Source: Octopus vulgaris
Lineage: Eukaryota
DNA: 64,000 bases
Reading direction: 5' to 3'
NCBI GenBank assembly: GCA_951406725.2
Contig: OX597815.1
Location: 22,692,001 to 22,756,000, forward strand
The notes under the pieces: model-generated
Database searches by the model: none
What the model saw: only the letters and a program-made list of their open reading frames with translations
Told to the model about the DNA's origin: nothing
Position numbers and translations under genes: made by a program
Shown here: positions 40,857 to 53,890 of the stretch, one piece after another
How the letters are laid out: every line of letters starts with the position of its first letter
Position numbering within the stretch: the first letter of the stretch is position 1

Positions 40857-40858
<2 letters not shown>
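40279..40858 (+). mobile_element. Penelope pLTR/retrozyme-like element: inverted copy plus partial tandem, in (TA)n
   Basis: Palindrome 40279-40544. Its right-arm sequence recurs directly at 40778-40858 (period 361 bp). Hammerhead motif at 40643-40688. Confidence 0.75.
40643..40688 (+). ncRNA. Type I hammerhead ribozyme candidate
   Basis: cgcacg-TTGATGA-TAGG(caataca)CCTT-GAAA-CCATGG-TC-cgtgtg, with palindromic ACCATGGT and GUC triplet. C3 is replaced by U. Confidence 0.65.
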
Positions 40859-40913
<55 letters not shown>

Positions 40914-40937
40914 AGATATATGTGAATATATATGTAC

Positions 40938-41151
40938 CATTTACTTGTTTTATTCATTTGACTCCGGCCATACTGGAGCATCGCCTTTAGTCGAACAAAT
41001 CGACCCCAGAACTTATTCTTCGTAAGCCTAGTATTTATTCTATCGAGCTCTATTGTCGAACCGTTAAGTTACGGGGACGTAAACACACCAGCATCGGTTG
41101 TCATGTGACGGTGGGAGGACAAGCACACTCACAAATATAAACACGCACACA

Positions 41152-41229
<78 letters not shown>

Positions 41230-41384
41230 CACGACAGGTTTCTTTCAGTTTCCGTCTACCAAATCCACTCACAGGGCTTTGGTCGGTCTAAGGCTATAGT
41301 AGAAGACACTCGTCCAAGGTGCCACGCAGTGGAACTGGACACGGAACCATGTGGTTGGGAAGCAAGCTTCTTAACACACAGCCT
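40938..41384 (-). mobile_element. SINE family C
   Basis: Homologous to 61126-61520 with an internal CA/TA microsatellite. Confidence 0.85.
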
Positions 41385-41558
41385 ACATAAATATATATAC
41401 GTACACACAGACACACATACACACAGACACACATACACACACACACACACACAAACATTCATATGTACATATATATATATATATAATGTGACCACGTGTG
41501 TACCGTTGGCGATTTTTTTTCCTCCGTCTTTCCTTCTCTGGATTTTTCCTTTTCCTAT

Positions 41559-41593
41559 GTTTCTGACGAAGAGCTCCGCTCGAAACGTTAAAC
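41559..41593 (+). ncRNA. Minimal hammerhead-like motif (extra-A core variant)
   Basis: gttt-CTGACGA-A-GAGC(tcc)GCTC-GAAA-CGT-T-aaac, inside a ~215-bp (TA)n-flanked element (41465-41682). Confidence 0.6.
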
Positions 41594-41681
41594 CCTCCTT
41601 CTTCCCTCCCTTCCTGAGCGTCCAATGATACTATATTTGTTCCACGTCCTCGCGTTGTTGTGTTTTCATGTTTGGATTAAC

Positions 41682-41733
<52 letters not shown>

Positions 41734-42404
41734 CGTGCGTGTGTGTGTGTGTGCGTGCGTGTGTGTGTGTGTGTGTGTGTCTGTGTCTGTGTGTGTATAT
41801 ATATGTACATATGTATGTTTGTGTATCTGTGTGTGTGTCTCTGTGTGTGTATGTGTATATATATATGTACATATGTATGTTTGTGTGTCTGTGTGTGTGT
41901 GTCTGTGTGTGTGTATGTGTGTATGTGTGTGTGTCTGTGGGGAGGATGTGTGAACATATTTATGTATGTGCGTGTATGTATCTGCGTATTTCTTTTCATA
42001 TTTTATGTCACTGTATGTGCGTGAATTGCAAGACGAGATATCGTTTGTTTGTTGTTTTTTTTTCCTTTTTTTTCTTTTTTTTTTGTCTGTCATTTTACTC
42101 CAGATCAGTCTTGATTGAGCAGACTTATCAGCAAGAGGCATTTCAGTGTCTTTCTTTTCGTGAGAGAGTAGGCGAAATTTGAAAAAAAGACTTGACTACT
42201 ATTTTAACAGGTCGAACGCCCACATATAGGGTACCACGCTGAGGTTTTCCTATCAGTGAATAAACTTTTTTTTTTCTTCACTCACTCGCTTTCAATACCC
42301 ACTCACACTCACATACACACACACACACACACACATACATACACACGCATACATACAAATGTATGTATATATGTATTATGCATGTGTGTATGTGTGTCCC
42401 ACTA

Positions 42405-43035
42405 TGGCTTTAAATTGTGCCCGTTAGCCGGATATTAGAACGGGAGTTCCAGGGTTTTGTAAAGTGTAGAACCAACTTCAGCCACTATTGTTTCCAGGTC
42501 TACTCTCACCCGGGGTAGTAGCACTTGTCAGGGTCCCAGCAATGGCTTAAACTAGCATACACGTTCACCTCAGATGACAGTTCACTTCAGAGCGGGGAAG
42601 CAGAAATGCCCTTGGTTGGTGGTCAGGGCATGCAGTAAAACTAACGAGAGTGAGGGAGCTTTAGCTGTTGTCACAGTATCCTTTTAGGAGTGAGACATTC
42701 TGATGTGAAGCCTGCAATTTCACATTATTACTGGTTATCTCACTACGGTCTCTCACTAGGTAGTAATCACGGAGATTCGAGGAGTGGTAGTTGTGTTGTT
42801 GCACAAATGCTCAACACTATAATCTAGTAATACACACTTATCTCTTTATGGTGGTCTCATTTGTCATTCCATCAGATGAAAATCCTATGGCGATGGAAGT
42901 GGCGACGTGTGCAGATGCTCAGTAGGTTACCACTTTCATCTGTCAGCTATGCTTCAAACCATGCAGATCTGCGACGGGACAGAATAGTCATCTGAGAGGT
43001 CATGGAAAGCAAATCAGAAATGCCATTGACAACGT
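42405..43035 (-). mobile_element. Unclassified ~600-bp interspersed repeat, copy 2
   Basis: Homologous to 32384-33000. Confidence 0.7.
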
Positions 43036-43082
43036 GGAAGCACCACGAAATAGTAGTCATCTATGAAGATGGAGCAATCATT

Positions 43083-43717
43083 ATGTAGGTAGGTATGTAG
43101 GTAGGTAGGTAGGTAGGTAAGTAGGTAGGTAGGTAGGTAGGTAGGTAGGTAGGTAGGTAGGTAGGTAGGTAGGTAGTTAGGTAGGTAGGTAGGTAGGTAG
43201 GTAGGTAGGTAGGTATGTAGGTAGGTAGGTAGGTAGGTAGGTAGGTAGGTAGGTAGTAGTAGGTAGGTAGGTAGGTAGGTAGGTAGGTAGGTAGGTATGT
43301 AGGTAAGTAGGTAGGTAGGTAGGTAGGTAGGTAGGTTTGTAGGTATATAGGTAGGTAGGTAGGTAGGTAGGTAGGTAGATAGGTAGGTATATTGGTAGGT
43401 AGGTAGGTAGGTAGGTAGGTAGGTAGGTAGGTAGGTAGGTAGGTAGGTATATAGGTAGGTAGGTAGGTAGGTAGGTAGGTAGGTAGGTAAGTAGGTAGGT
43501 AGGTAGGTAGGTAGGTAGGTAGGTTGGTAGGTAGGTAGGTAGGTAGGTAGGTAGGTAGGTAGGTAGGTAGGTAGGTAGGTAGGTAGGTAGGTATATAGGT
43601 AGGTAGGTAGGTAGGTAGGTAGGTAGGTATATAGGTAGGTAGGTAGGTAGGTAGGTAGGTAGGTAGGTAGGTAGGTAGGTAGGTAGGTAGGTAGGTAGGT
43701 AGGTAGGTAGGTAGGTA
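43083..43717. repeat. (TAGG)n microsatellite, about 630 bp
   Basis: Read directly. Confidence 0.95.
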
Positions 43718-44727
43718 TACCAATCTGTTTCGATGAAATATCACTGAATTTGGATTCTCGGAGAGAGAACGTAACTCTGTGTTTTATACACTACAGCTGT
43801 TGAAGATAAAAAAATAAATAATCCATTAGACCTTAAAATTTAAAGAGTGAATAGTTGACACGAATCACGAACAAAAAAAAGCACTTTCTACATATAGGAC
43901 TGTTCTAGTAATCAGAAGCCCTTGGAATTTGGGTAGTGAAAGTTTATCGGATATGCCGGTGTATTTGTAACTAAATCATCAAAAATAATCAGGTAAATAC
44001 ATTTCAGTAGCTTCAATGTCTGCTGATTTGGTCTTGCTGGACAAGTTAAGTTTACGAACACCATATCGTAATTTAAAGTTTCTAAACAACCGACGACTAA
44101 ACACACATGTTTCCGCGAGCATTTCCAGAGACTACTGAATGGGCCTAACTCAAATCAGTATAACCTCGGATCCCTTTGGGCCGGGCCACTTATATGAGAC
44201 TACATCTGGCTCTGAAATTTTTGATTTTATTTATCTGTTTATTTTAATGTTTGTCACACATCGCCACCTTTACTTGACTCGAGTCAGCCGTAAATTACAT
44301 TAACTTGGCCTTTTATTTCTAAATATCATTAATTGTTGAAGAACCTATGTTATTTTCATGCACAACAACGTTGCATTTTTCGCATTTTTTACAATTTTCG
44401 GGGGCAATATTAGAATTACATGCTTTCTTTTCACACTTTTCCAAATTGGTCATTAACTTATTAACAATAGAAAACATTTTAACTAGTGGGTGGACAGTAT
44501 ATAAGTAGATAAAGGCCAGTAGAAAACATTTAGGCGCTGACCAATATTCTTTTCGCCTTCAATGTAAACGATAATGGTGTGATGTCAGTAGCTAGTAGCC
44601 AACTAGAAACCAACTAGAAACGGTGTTTCTTAGGGCTAAATAGCAGTAGCATTCCTCCCTTTCCTGGGACTGCCACATTAGGTTGGCAACAAGCCATCAC
44701 AATAGAAAATATGTTTATTTGAAAATA

Positions 44728-45924
44728 CATGATGGACAAAATTAGAGAACCTATGACGTAAAATCCAAAAAGTCAAAATTTTGCCAGAAAGTTTTACAAT
44801 CCAAATCAATATATTAACAAGATGTGTACATTTGTTTATATCTAATGACTTCGGAACGTCTCCGTCCACAGGATTTGATCATTTTCTCACATTGCTCTGA
44901 TGTAATTTTATTCCATTCTTCTGTAAGTTTTCCCCAACAAAATCATAACATTCGCAGGTCGGTGCACTCTGATCTCATCGCCATGTATCTTTCATAAGTT
45001 TTCAATGGGATTGAGGTCAGGGCTCTGAGCTGGTCAGCGCATCACAGTAATGTTTTCAGCTTCAAACACCTCCTTAACTATTTTAGCACTGTGACATGGC
45101 ACATTATCCCGCATAAAGATTGGCTGACGAGTTGTAAATGATCTCTGAGCTGGCACAACATACTGCAGAACGATAGCTGCACATTACCATGGATCCGGAT
45201 CGAAGGTCCAAAACCTGCTACAGAAATCATTCCCAACACCATTAAACTCCCACCTCCTGACTTCACTGATTTATTCATGCATTTAGGGAGCAATCTTTCA
45301 CTTTTACAACGTCTCACAAATTAAACTTGTTTTCGTCACTGAAGAACACATGTGACCAGTTGTCATCCGTCCAAAGTATATGCTCATTGGCAAAGACTAA
45401 CATCACTTTTTGGTTCTTCATACTGGTTTAGTGGCGGCGGAATGGGCATGGAGTCCGACTTCCTTCAAACGAAAAGGCACAGTCTTCCGAGACACATTCA
45501 TTCCATAATCAAGATTTATTTGGCAAGAAATTCCTGCAGCTGTATCGAAACGGTCTCTTAATGATTGCCTCTAAATCACACAGTCTTGCCAAACACTTCT
45601 TTCGCGTGGTCTCCCTCGTTTTTCTAATGACACAAACGAGCTTGTTTCTTCATAAATCTTGAGTATTCTTGAAACAGCACTCTTTGATCTGTTAATGTCT
45701 CTGGTGATAGCAGAAATTGCCATTCCTTCTCTTTTTTTTCAATGTGACCACTCATTTCCTGAGGTTTTCATCAACTTTATGTTGGCTTTAATGGTTGTTA
45801 ATTCACTACGGTTCAATAAAAAATATTCGCACTGCTAGGTCAACTTAGTTTACATCGGTCGGAGTATTGCCAGATTTTACTTTTTGAATTTAACACCATG
45901 CTTTCTCTAATTTTGTCCATCTTC
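44728..45924 (-). mobile_element. Tc1-like DNA transposon with both TIRs and TA TSD; transposase disrupted
   Basis: TIR cores gatggacaaaattagagaa / ttctctaattttgtccatc with TA outside both ends. Minus-strand motifs VFFSDENKFN, VKSGGGSLMVLGMIS and PAQSPDLNPIENL. Confidence 0.88.
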
Positions 45925-46669
45925 TATTTACGGTGAATTAAAACGGAACTTTCAGCTTTTGTACCCTGACTATAAATTTTTATTTGTAAATCATCATCAT
46001 GGGTACATTAGGCTACGTAACTACAGATTTACACAAAAACCTAAAAATACTCGGTTTCACGAAGAAAGAGCAAAAGAAACTGACACATATTCTCCAAATC
46101 CAGTCTATGGCTGGAATAGTGAAAATTTGTAAAACATTTCAAAGATTCTCCATCTGAGATTCTTTATGTGAACAGACGCACACGCTTGGCTGCATGCATC
46201 AATAGCTCAACCAACACACCGATACAAAGACCGAGAATTCTCTTAACTCAAAAAGTCTTGTCGCTTTGTTTGCAACTGGATTGACTCTTCAGATGAACTT
46301 AAATCTCAAAGAAAAGCACATACATACATACATACATACATACATACATACATACATACATACATACATACATACATACATACATACATACATACATACA
46401 TACATACATACATACTTTTGAGATCTACGCAGTTGAAAGATTATCTGAGAAAATGTAATTGTTGAATTTCAGATCGGCCCGAATTAGCAGGCCTATAATC
46501 AAAGGCATTCAAGTTCTGATCGACACATTTTATGTCCAAGCATTTGAAGGAGATAAAACTGTTATGTCTCGAGCAACGGAATACTGGCTTCCCTCATTAT
46601 ATCCTCTGTGAGTGTGTGTGTGTGAGTCTGTCTGTCTGTATGTATGTCTGTCTGTCTGTGTATGTGTGT

Positions 46670-46751
<82 letters not shown>

Positions 46752-47429
46752 CTATGTATATGTAAATTGGCTGTCTGTTGGACATTGCATATCTAAGACG
46801 ACATTATCCAAATGCCAGACACTTTTCAATATGGCAAAGTGCAATTTAAGAAATATTTAGCTGTTATTTCTAGAGGGTCAAACGACTACGTAGAAGCTCC
46901 TTCGTGTGGTAGATAGGTTAGATTAATGAAAATACTAAACCAGGTGTTTCATAAAAAAATTATGATTTTTAATACCGATGAAATTGTAAATTGTATGTGT
47001 GTGTGTGAGTGAGTTAGATGTGCGTGTTCGTAAATGAGATGGGAGCAATAAATAGAAAATAGGCTGGTCTTTCCCGAGTGTTTATTGTGATTCTTTATCT
47101 ATATCTCTACGTCTATCACTATCATACGTCACCACCGATATCGAAATCAATACCTTATATACACGGATACGGATATAAGTAATCAGAGCTCTGTAAACGT
47201 GATACAAAACTTGACATATAGCCGAAATGATTTGGCATACAGAAAGACAGGCATTTAGAATGACTCAAAGATATTCTTGCTTCATTGTTAAACTTCTTTT
47301 CCTTTTCTTTTTTTTTTTTTTCTCTTTTTTTATTTTTAGTCAACAGAGAAGTGACGGCGCTTTTTCAACGAATGAAGTCACTTGTCATCTCCTGCATGTT
47401 AACGTTTGAGTAGAGGGAAAAGGTATGAT

Positions 47430-48340
47430 AAGGGAGCAATTTTGGAGGACAAAAATCGAACAAACTGTCCCGTATATTGTTTTGGGGTTTACATACAAGT
47501 TTATGTGGAAGAGAGATCGAGTGGTCTTGTGTAGAGATAGTATGCAGCTCTGTTGGTTTAGAAGGGTAAAAGCTGTTGCGATAGTGATAGATGTATTAGA
47601 GAGAAAAGTATCTAATTGATGCCATATGTTGGTGAATCTTTGTTAATCATCGAATGACCTTTTTCGTGAGTTTCGGTCCAGTATCTTTGTAGTAACACGA
47701 CCCTAGATATGTGAATAGCATCATAATGTGGACTGCATTTGTGTGTTTTTAGAGAGTCCCTGGTTGCCCACAGGTATTCAGCTTAGCATAGTGCTTCTCA
47801 GGACAGACAGTCTAAAAGTTATAGCTGATATAATATAAAAAACAATTCCTTTCGCTGAAGTTTTTCATTGCAGTAATGAGTCACGTAGAGAGCGGGAAAC
47901 CGATAGTTCTGGTTATATGTGGTTTGGGTGGGAATCACGCTATATAATTGAGGTGGTATCGCTATCTACATCACTTTTGAGATGTATGGAATGAGAGTGA
48001 TAGGATGGTGATAGATACAACCAGTACTATTCATTGGAATGTGACACCGCTACCTGTTTCCATCAGTTGAATGTAGAAAATGAAAAATTGAAAAGCTTAG
48101 AGTTTGAGACAGGCGCTGAATGGGGCGCGACTTGCTTCAGCGAGAGAACGTTGGGATTAATGACCTTGTTGGAGTGATGGGAGCCATTTTCTTTGTGGCG
48201 AGTATTTGAGGGTCTGGAAAGGGGTTTTGTTATATGTTCCTAATACTGTATTAGAAGCATAGTGGGCATCAAATGAGGTGACTTTATGTATTTAGAGAAT
48301 GCCATGTTTATTGGAGTAATAAGGAATAAACAGATTCTTC
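47430..48340. pseudogene. Highly decayed LINE APE-endonuclease-like fragments
   Basis: Plus strand GGIAIYIT at about 47953 resembles the APE GGGVAIY motif. Weak APE-like traces on the minus strand nearby. Confidence 0.35.
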
Positions 48341-48374
48341 AAAGTTAGTAAAGATCTTTTTGAAAAGTTTTGAC

Positions 48375-49170
48375 TAAAGTACCATACGAAATACAAGCGT
48401 GATACAAGAGACAATATACCTATCAAAAATGCACAAACCACTCATAAAGTGCATTATATGAATCAAATTCAAACAAACTATAGAATACATAAACACATTA
48501 TCAAACACCCCATAAACAAAATACAGAGTGTGTTACACTAAACCATGAAATAACATTGATAATATACACCGTCACTAAAATTCAAAATTGTATTAATAAC
48601 AAAACCACATATATAACTCACGAACAAGTTACTAATGACCAGTGTAGTTTATAAATTCCTCTTGAGTCTGACTTATATCGGTGATGCAAGTAGAGCACTC
48701 TCCCTTCAATTCACTGTATACTTAAAAATGAGTAATTGCAATGTACAATATATCATAACACAAAGCAAAACTAGATGGCAATTCATTAGTGGGCAATATA
48801 TCTATACTTTATAGAATTCCTTAGAAGACAGGTGATTATTGATGGAAGCAATACTCACAACACAATACAAAACACACTGATAGCATTGACTAGTCGCAAA
48901 TAAAAATAAATACCTAATTGATAACGTACAAATCTACTTCTCATAGTTCGAATTCCGGTAGTAATAATGCCTACATAAATCATGGGAACATTGCCTACTA
49001 TAAATCGGCAGCAACACATCAGTAACACTTCATCTTGTTGATGGAACAATAAAAGTCCGGAAACGTTGATGATGTACTTAGGAACTTTACTGTTCCAGAC
49101 AAACGTCACATTTATACGAAAATATCGGAAGAAAAACGTGCTAAAATAATTAAAGTGAAACAGAGGTATT
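48375..49170 (+). mobile_element. Penelope-like element 3' remnant: GIY-YIG endonuclease plus pLTR with decayed hammerhead
   Basis: About 48640-48703 translates SVVYKF...YIGDASRAL (GIY-YIG VVY...YIGxTxRxL). 49030-49072 reads tcatc-TTGTTGA-TGGAAC..GTCCG-GAAA-CGT-T-gatga. Confidence 0.65.
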
Positions 49171-49484
49171 TTCAATGTGTGTGTGCGCGCGCGAGTACAA
49201 ATATATCGAACAAAAAGAATAAGTGCTCAATACTGCATTGGTGGATAATTATTCTTTATTTGTGGGTTAACTAGGCTACCATTGGTTTCATATTAAGACA
49301 TGAATATCTCTTAAGAATTATCAAGCCTATTGCATGGGACGGATGAAAACACTAAGATGGAGTCGAATACCAACGTCCCATGCAATAGGCTTGATAATTG
49401 TTAAGATTTATCTACATCTCTTAATATAAAACCAATGGCAGCCTAGTTAACCAATAAAGTAGACAGACAGACAGATTGACAGAT

Positions 49485-49540
<56 letters not shown>

Positions 49541-49569
49541 GGATGGATGGATGGATGGATGGATGGATG

Positions 49570-49689
<120 letters not shown>

Positions 49690-49760
49690 TACAGACTAAA
49701 AAGACAGACAGACACACGTACATACATACATATATTGTATAATACGTACATATACACACA

Positions 49761-49798
<38 letters not shown>

Positions 49799-49799
49799 T

Positions 49800-49876
<77 letters not shown>

Positions 49877-50879
49877 CTTGCATGTGAATATATGTAAAAT
49901 TATGTGAAATTATGCGAGAAACTGACAAAAATCATTCGGAGTGAAAGAAATCATTCGCCGCTATTCTGAAAACCAATTCTATGAAGAATGTAACGTGAAA
50001 TGTTTTGTAGTTTCGTTAAAAGATGTTTCTTGTGTTATTTATTTCTTAAGCAGCTGTCTTTCTTGTTCACTTTCACCAACAAAATAAGAAAAGAGATGTT
50101 ACAAGAAAAAAATAAGAATAAAGACAGAAAGAAAGAAAACGAAATAGGTAAAAAGGAATTGTGAGTTAGGGAGATGTTAAAGAAAAAACAAAAAGGAGAA
50201 AAAATAGGCGGAAGGGTAGACGGGAATACGTAAGAAATATAGATTGAAATATAAAGGAATAAATAATATTGAAAATCAAAGATAGATATGTAGGTGGCTA
50301 TAACGAAATGAATGCGAAAAGTAAAAATAAGAGAGGAATTTGTGAAGGGAAGAGGGAAAACAAAAACTGATCTATTCTTCAATATGAAATGACACACTGT
50401 CTTGATTGCAGACTCACTTCCCTAAAACAAAGTCAGAATCTAATAATGTGCATATATTTGTTTTGGGATTTTTCTTCTTTTTTTTTTTTACATTTTCTCT
50501 GTAAGTCTTTTTATTGTGTAGGTTTAACTGGGAGGTTGGACGTGATTGCTAGAAGAGTTCCTACGGTTTCAACGACCAACCTTGTTGAATCTGTTGCACA
50601 GCATCGTCAGTAGACCAAATAAACGCCTGTTTCGTCGGATTATCTTGGGAGGTTTCATTTCTTTTCTCCTCATTTCCACCACACCTTTTTTTTCTTTTTT
50701 TTACTTTATTTCCTATTTTTCTACATTTCTTCTTTTTCTTCGGCACAAAATAATTACTGTTGTTGCCGCTGTTGTAATTTATTTGTCTCCACCTTGAAAT
50801 GTGTTAAACAGCTGCTATTCGATTCACAATTTCCTTTTTTTTTTCTTCATTTTTTTTCTTTTGCTTTCTTCCGTACACG

Positions 50880-50911
<32 letters not shown>

Positions 50912-50945
50912 TGTATGTATGTATGTATGTATGTATGTATGTATG

Positions 50946-51173
50946 TTTCTTTACTACCCACAAGGGGCTAAACCCAGAGGGGACAAACAAGAAGAGACAA
51001 ACGGATTAAGTCGATTACATCGACCCCAGTGCGTAACTGGTACTTAATTTATCGACCCCGAAAGGATGAAAGGCAAAGTTGACCTCGGCGGAATTTGAAC
51101 TCAGAACGTAACAGCAGACGAAATACGGCTACGCATTTCGCCCGGCGTGCTACCGTTTCTGCCAGCTCGCCGC
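50946..51173 (-). mobile_element. SINE family A
   Basis: Full-length homolog. Confidence 0.9.
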
Positions 51174-52229
51174 CCGTCAAATGTGTGTATGTATGTATGT
51201 ATGTATGTATGTATGTATGTATGTATGTATGTTTGGCTGAGTGGATGTGTGGATGTACACCCGAATGGATGGATGGATTGTGTATGCGTGTCTATTTCAT
51301 TCAATATTTTGGAGGCTTCTTGTCGCAAGGACTTCGACAATGTAAAATATATGTACATAAGATAGATGCGCTACATTAGGACCAACTGTTTTCAGGTCAT
51401 ATCCTCAGTGGTCCTCTTTTCTTTTTATTTTTTCCTTATCCTTCTTGCTGTCCTCTTTCGTCTAGCTGCAAAGCAATGGCAAAGCTTAAAACGCTAAAAA
51501 GAAACGCACTCGAGGTTACACCTAGTATTTGACCAAAAGAATGCTTCTGTTGTTATTTGTTCTTTCTTTTGTGATTTGCTAGTTTGGGGCTGGAAAGGTT
51601 CTATGGCAGATCTCTTAAGTCTTCAGCGAGAACTTTTCGAAGCGAATTTTCTCAGAAAAATGGATGGTTATTCTTTATAGAAATTACCGAAACATAATTA
51701 CATATATACGCACGACATAAGGACATACGGCATATCTGAGATAGGGGGAAATAGATAAGAAGGTAGGGAAAGAGAGACGGAGAGAAACATCAATGCTAAT
51801 AATAAATTGAATGTACCAAAATTTCCAATTGAATGTGTCTAAGTTCCTAAAATGAAGCAAAGACATGATACGCAAAATACATATACATGCGACCGATTAT
51901 TTCGACAAAAGTACTAAACTTTTTGGGGATATATGTTTGACTGTTATAGCTTTATAAAATGTAACGATCTACTGAGATGTGTTTAGTGCAATGAATGTTT
52001 ATTACATTATGTCTATTTTCAGTCTACATGTTATTTGTAGCTTTTGATGTAAGGTAGTACAATCCCTACCTCTGTTTCGAACTGTAAATGAAAACTGTTT
52101 CGGCCCTTCCAACAGAATCACCATTTCCAGTGAGCCACGTTGCATTGGGTATAGTAGAAAACATTTAAGTTTAAAAAAAAAAAAGAAAGAAATGAATGTG
52201 CTATTTTATCTTCTCTCGCTGATATTCTT

Positions 52230-52418
52230 TTATTCTTTTATTTGTTTCAGTCATTTGACTGCGGCCATGCTGGGTCACCGCCTTTAGTCGAGCAAATCAA
52301 CCCCAGAACTTATTCTTTGTAAGCCTAGTACTTATTCTATCGGCTCTTTTGCCGATCCGCTAAGTTACGGGGACGTAAACACGCCAGCATCGGTTGTCAA
52401 GCGATGTTGGGGGGACAG
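52230..52418 (-). mobile_element. SINE family C tail fragment
   Basis: Matches the 3' half of 61126-61520. Confidence 0.8.
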
Positions 52419-53239
52419 GAGGCTATAAACATATCTGAGGACTCTAAGAGGAGTCATATGTCGTATGCCATTTGCGTTGAGACATCTTTGAAGTGAACTC
52501 TTCTTTTTCAATGTAAAAAATACATTCCATACTTTATATAAGTATTGAGTGGTTTTCTGTTAATGTTGATCCTTTCTGTGTACAGTTAGACACAAAACAC
52601 ATTCATTTATGTGAATGTGTGTATACGCGTGCACGTATGCGTGCGTGTGTATGTGTGCGTATGACACAAACAAGAATTCGCGCGTGTGCATAAACACACA
52701 CATACACACACATATACACACATACATACACTCAGACACACACACACACATAGACGCACACACGCGCGCACACAAATACACACAAGAGAATGAGTGATAT
52801 AGTAAATGTTTTAAACGTTGTATAATTCAATTTCAGTAGCGGGTGCAATTGTATCTTCTGCTAAAGTAAACTTAGATTTATATATATATATTACATTATT
52901 TACTTAAATTGTGCAGTGGAGAAATCCCTCAATGGTATTGTAATTTTTTTGTTTTTTTAAATACTAAATTTACCAACTTCTGGGTACTGCAACATCGTTG
53001 ATGGGAAAAATACCTCTTGGGAGCATTTTGCACACTAAATACACATAGGCTAGAGTTTCACGTATATCAAACAGGAAGCTTTAAAAATTGGTATAAATGA
53101 GATTAACCATGCAGTTTGTAGATGGGAACTCCTCTAGGAGAGGGTTATAATCTAAAAATAACAAACAAGGGAGATAACTCTTATAATACCAGCCAACCGA
53201 AAATGCAATGCAGGTGGGAGTAGATCTTGTCTTTAAAGT

Positions 53240-53620
53240 TAAGTGATGAAAGCAGCGGATCATGTTTCGATCTTATTTGATCTCAGCGAAGCGTATTCAT
53301 CCTAGTAGTATGACTAAGGAGGGATCTGTTTATATAGAAATAAAGGAATTGTAGTGACGTTGATAATACCTTATCAGTTTAGTAACTCTTATAGCACATT
53401 TGTTATGTCCCATATACCATAATATAGGGATTTTGAGGTTCGTATTTGCTGGCCTATGATATCAAAATTGTTTTTCGCATTTGAATATTGCAGGAGTAAT
53501 GTTAGGTCTTGGAAGGAATTATTATCATTAATTATTAAATGACTTTTATCTCTGCAATGGAGTCTGATATGAAACTGAAAATTGAAACGTTTTTCATACC
53601 CAATTCTCATGGACGGAAAT
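53240..53620 (-). mobile_element. Possible Penelope-like 3' remnant
   Basis: HIRLHCRDKSH...F..L.LL...DII..QI..SK.L loosely resembles a GIY-YIG C-terminus. It is followed by CTGA-GATC(aaataa)GATC-GAAA-CATGA-TC at about 53258-53290. Confidence 0.4.
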
Positions 53621-53665
53621 TATAGTTACTGTACTAGTACATATTAAAGGAGACTAGTAATACCT

Positions 53666-53890
53666 ATTTCTTTACTACCCACAAGGGGCTAAACAGAGAG
53701 GACGAACAAGGACAGACAAACGGATTAAGTCGATTATATCGACCTCAGTGCGTAACTGTACTTATTTAATCGACCCCAAAGGATGAAAGGCAAAGTCGAC
53801 CTCGGCGGACTTTGAACTCAGAACGTAACGGCAGACGAAATACCGCTAAGCATTTCGCCCGGCGTGCTAACGTTTTTGCCAGCTCGCCGC
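53666..53890 (-). mobile_element. SINE family A with TSD ctagtaataccta
   Basis: Full-length homolog with flanking direct repeat. Confidence 0.9.
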
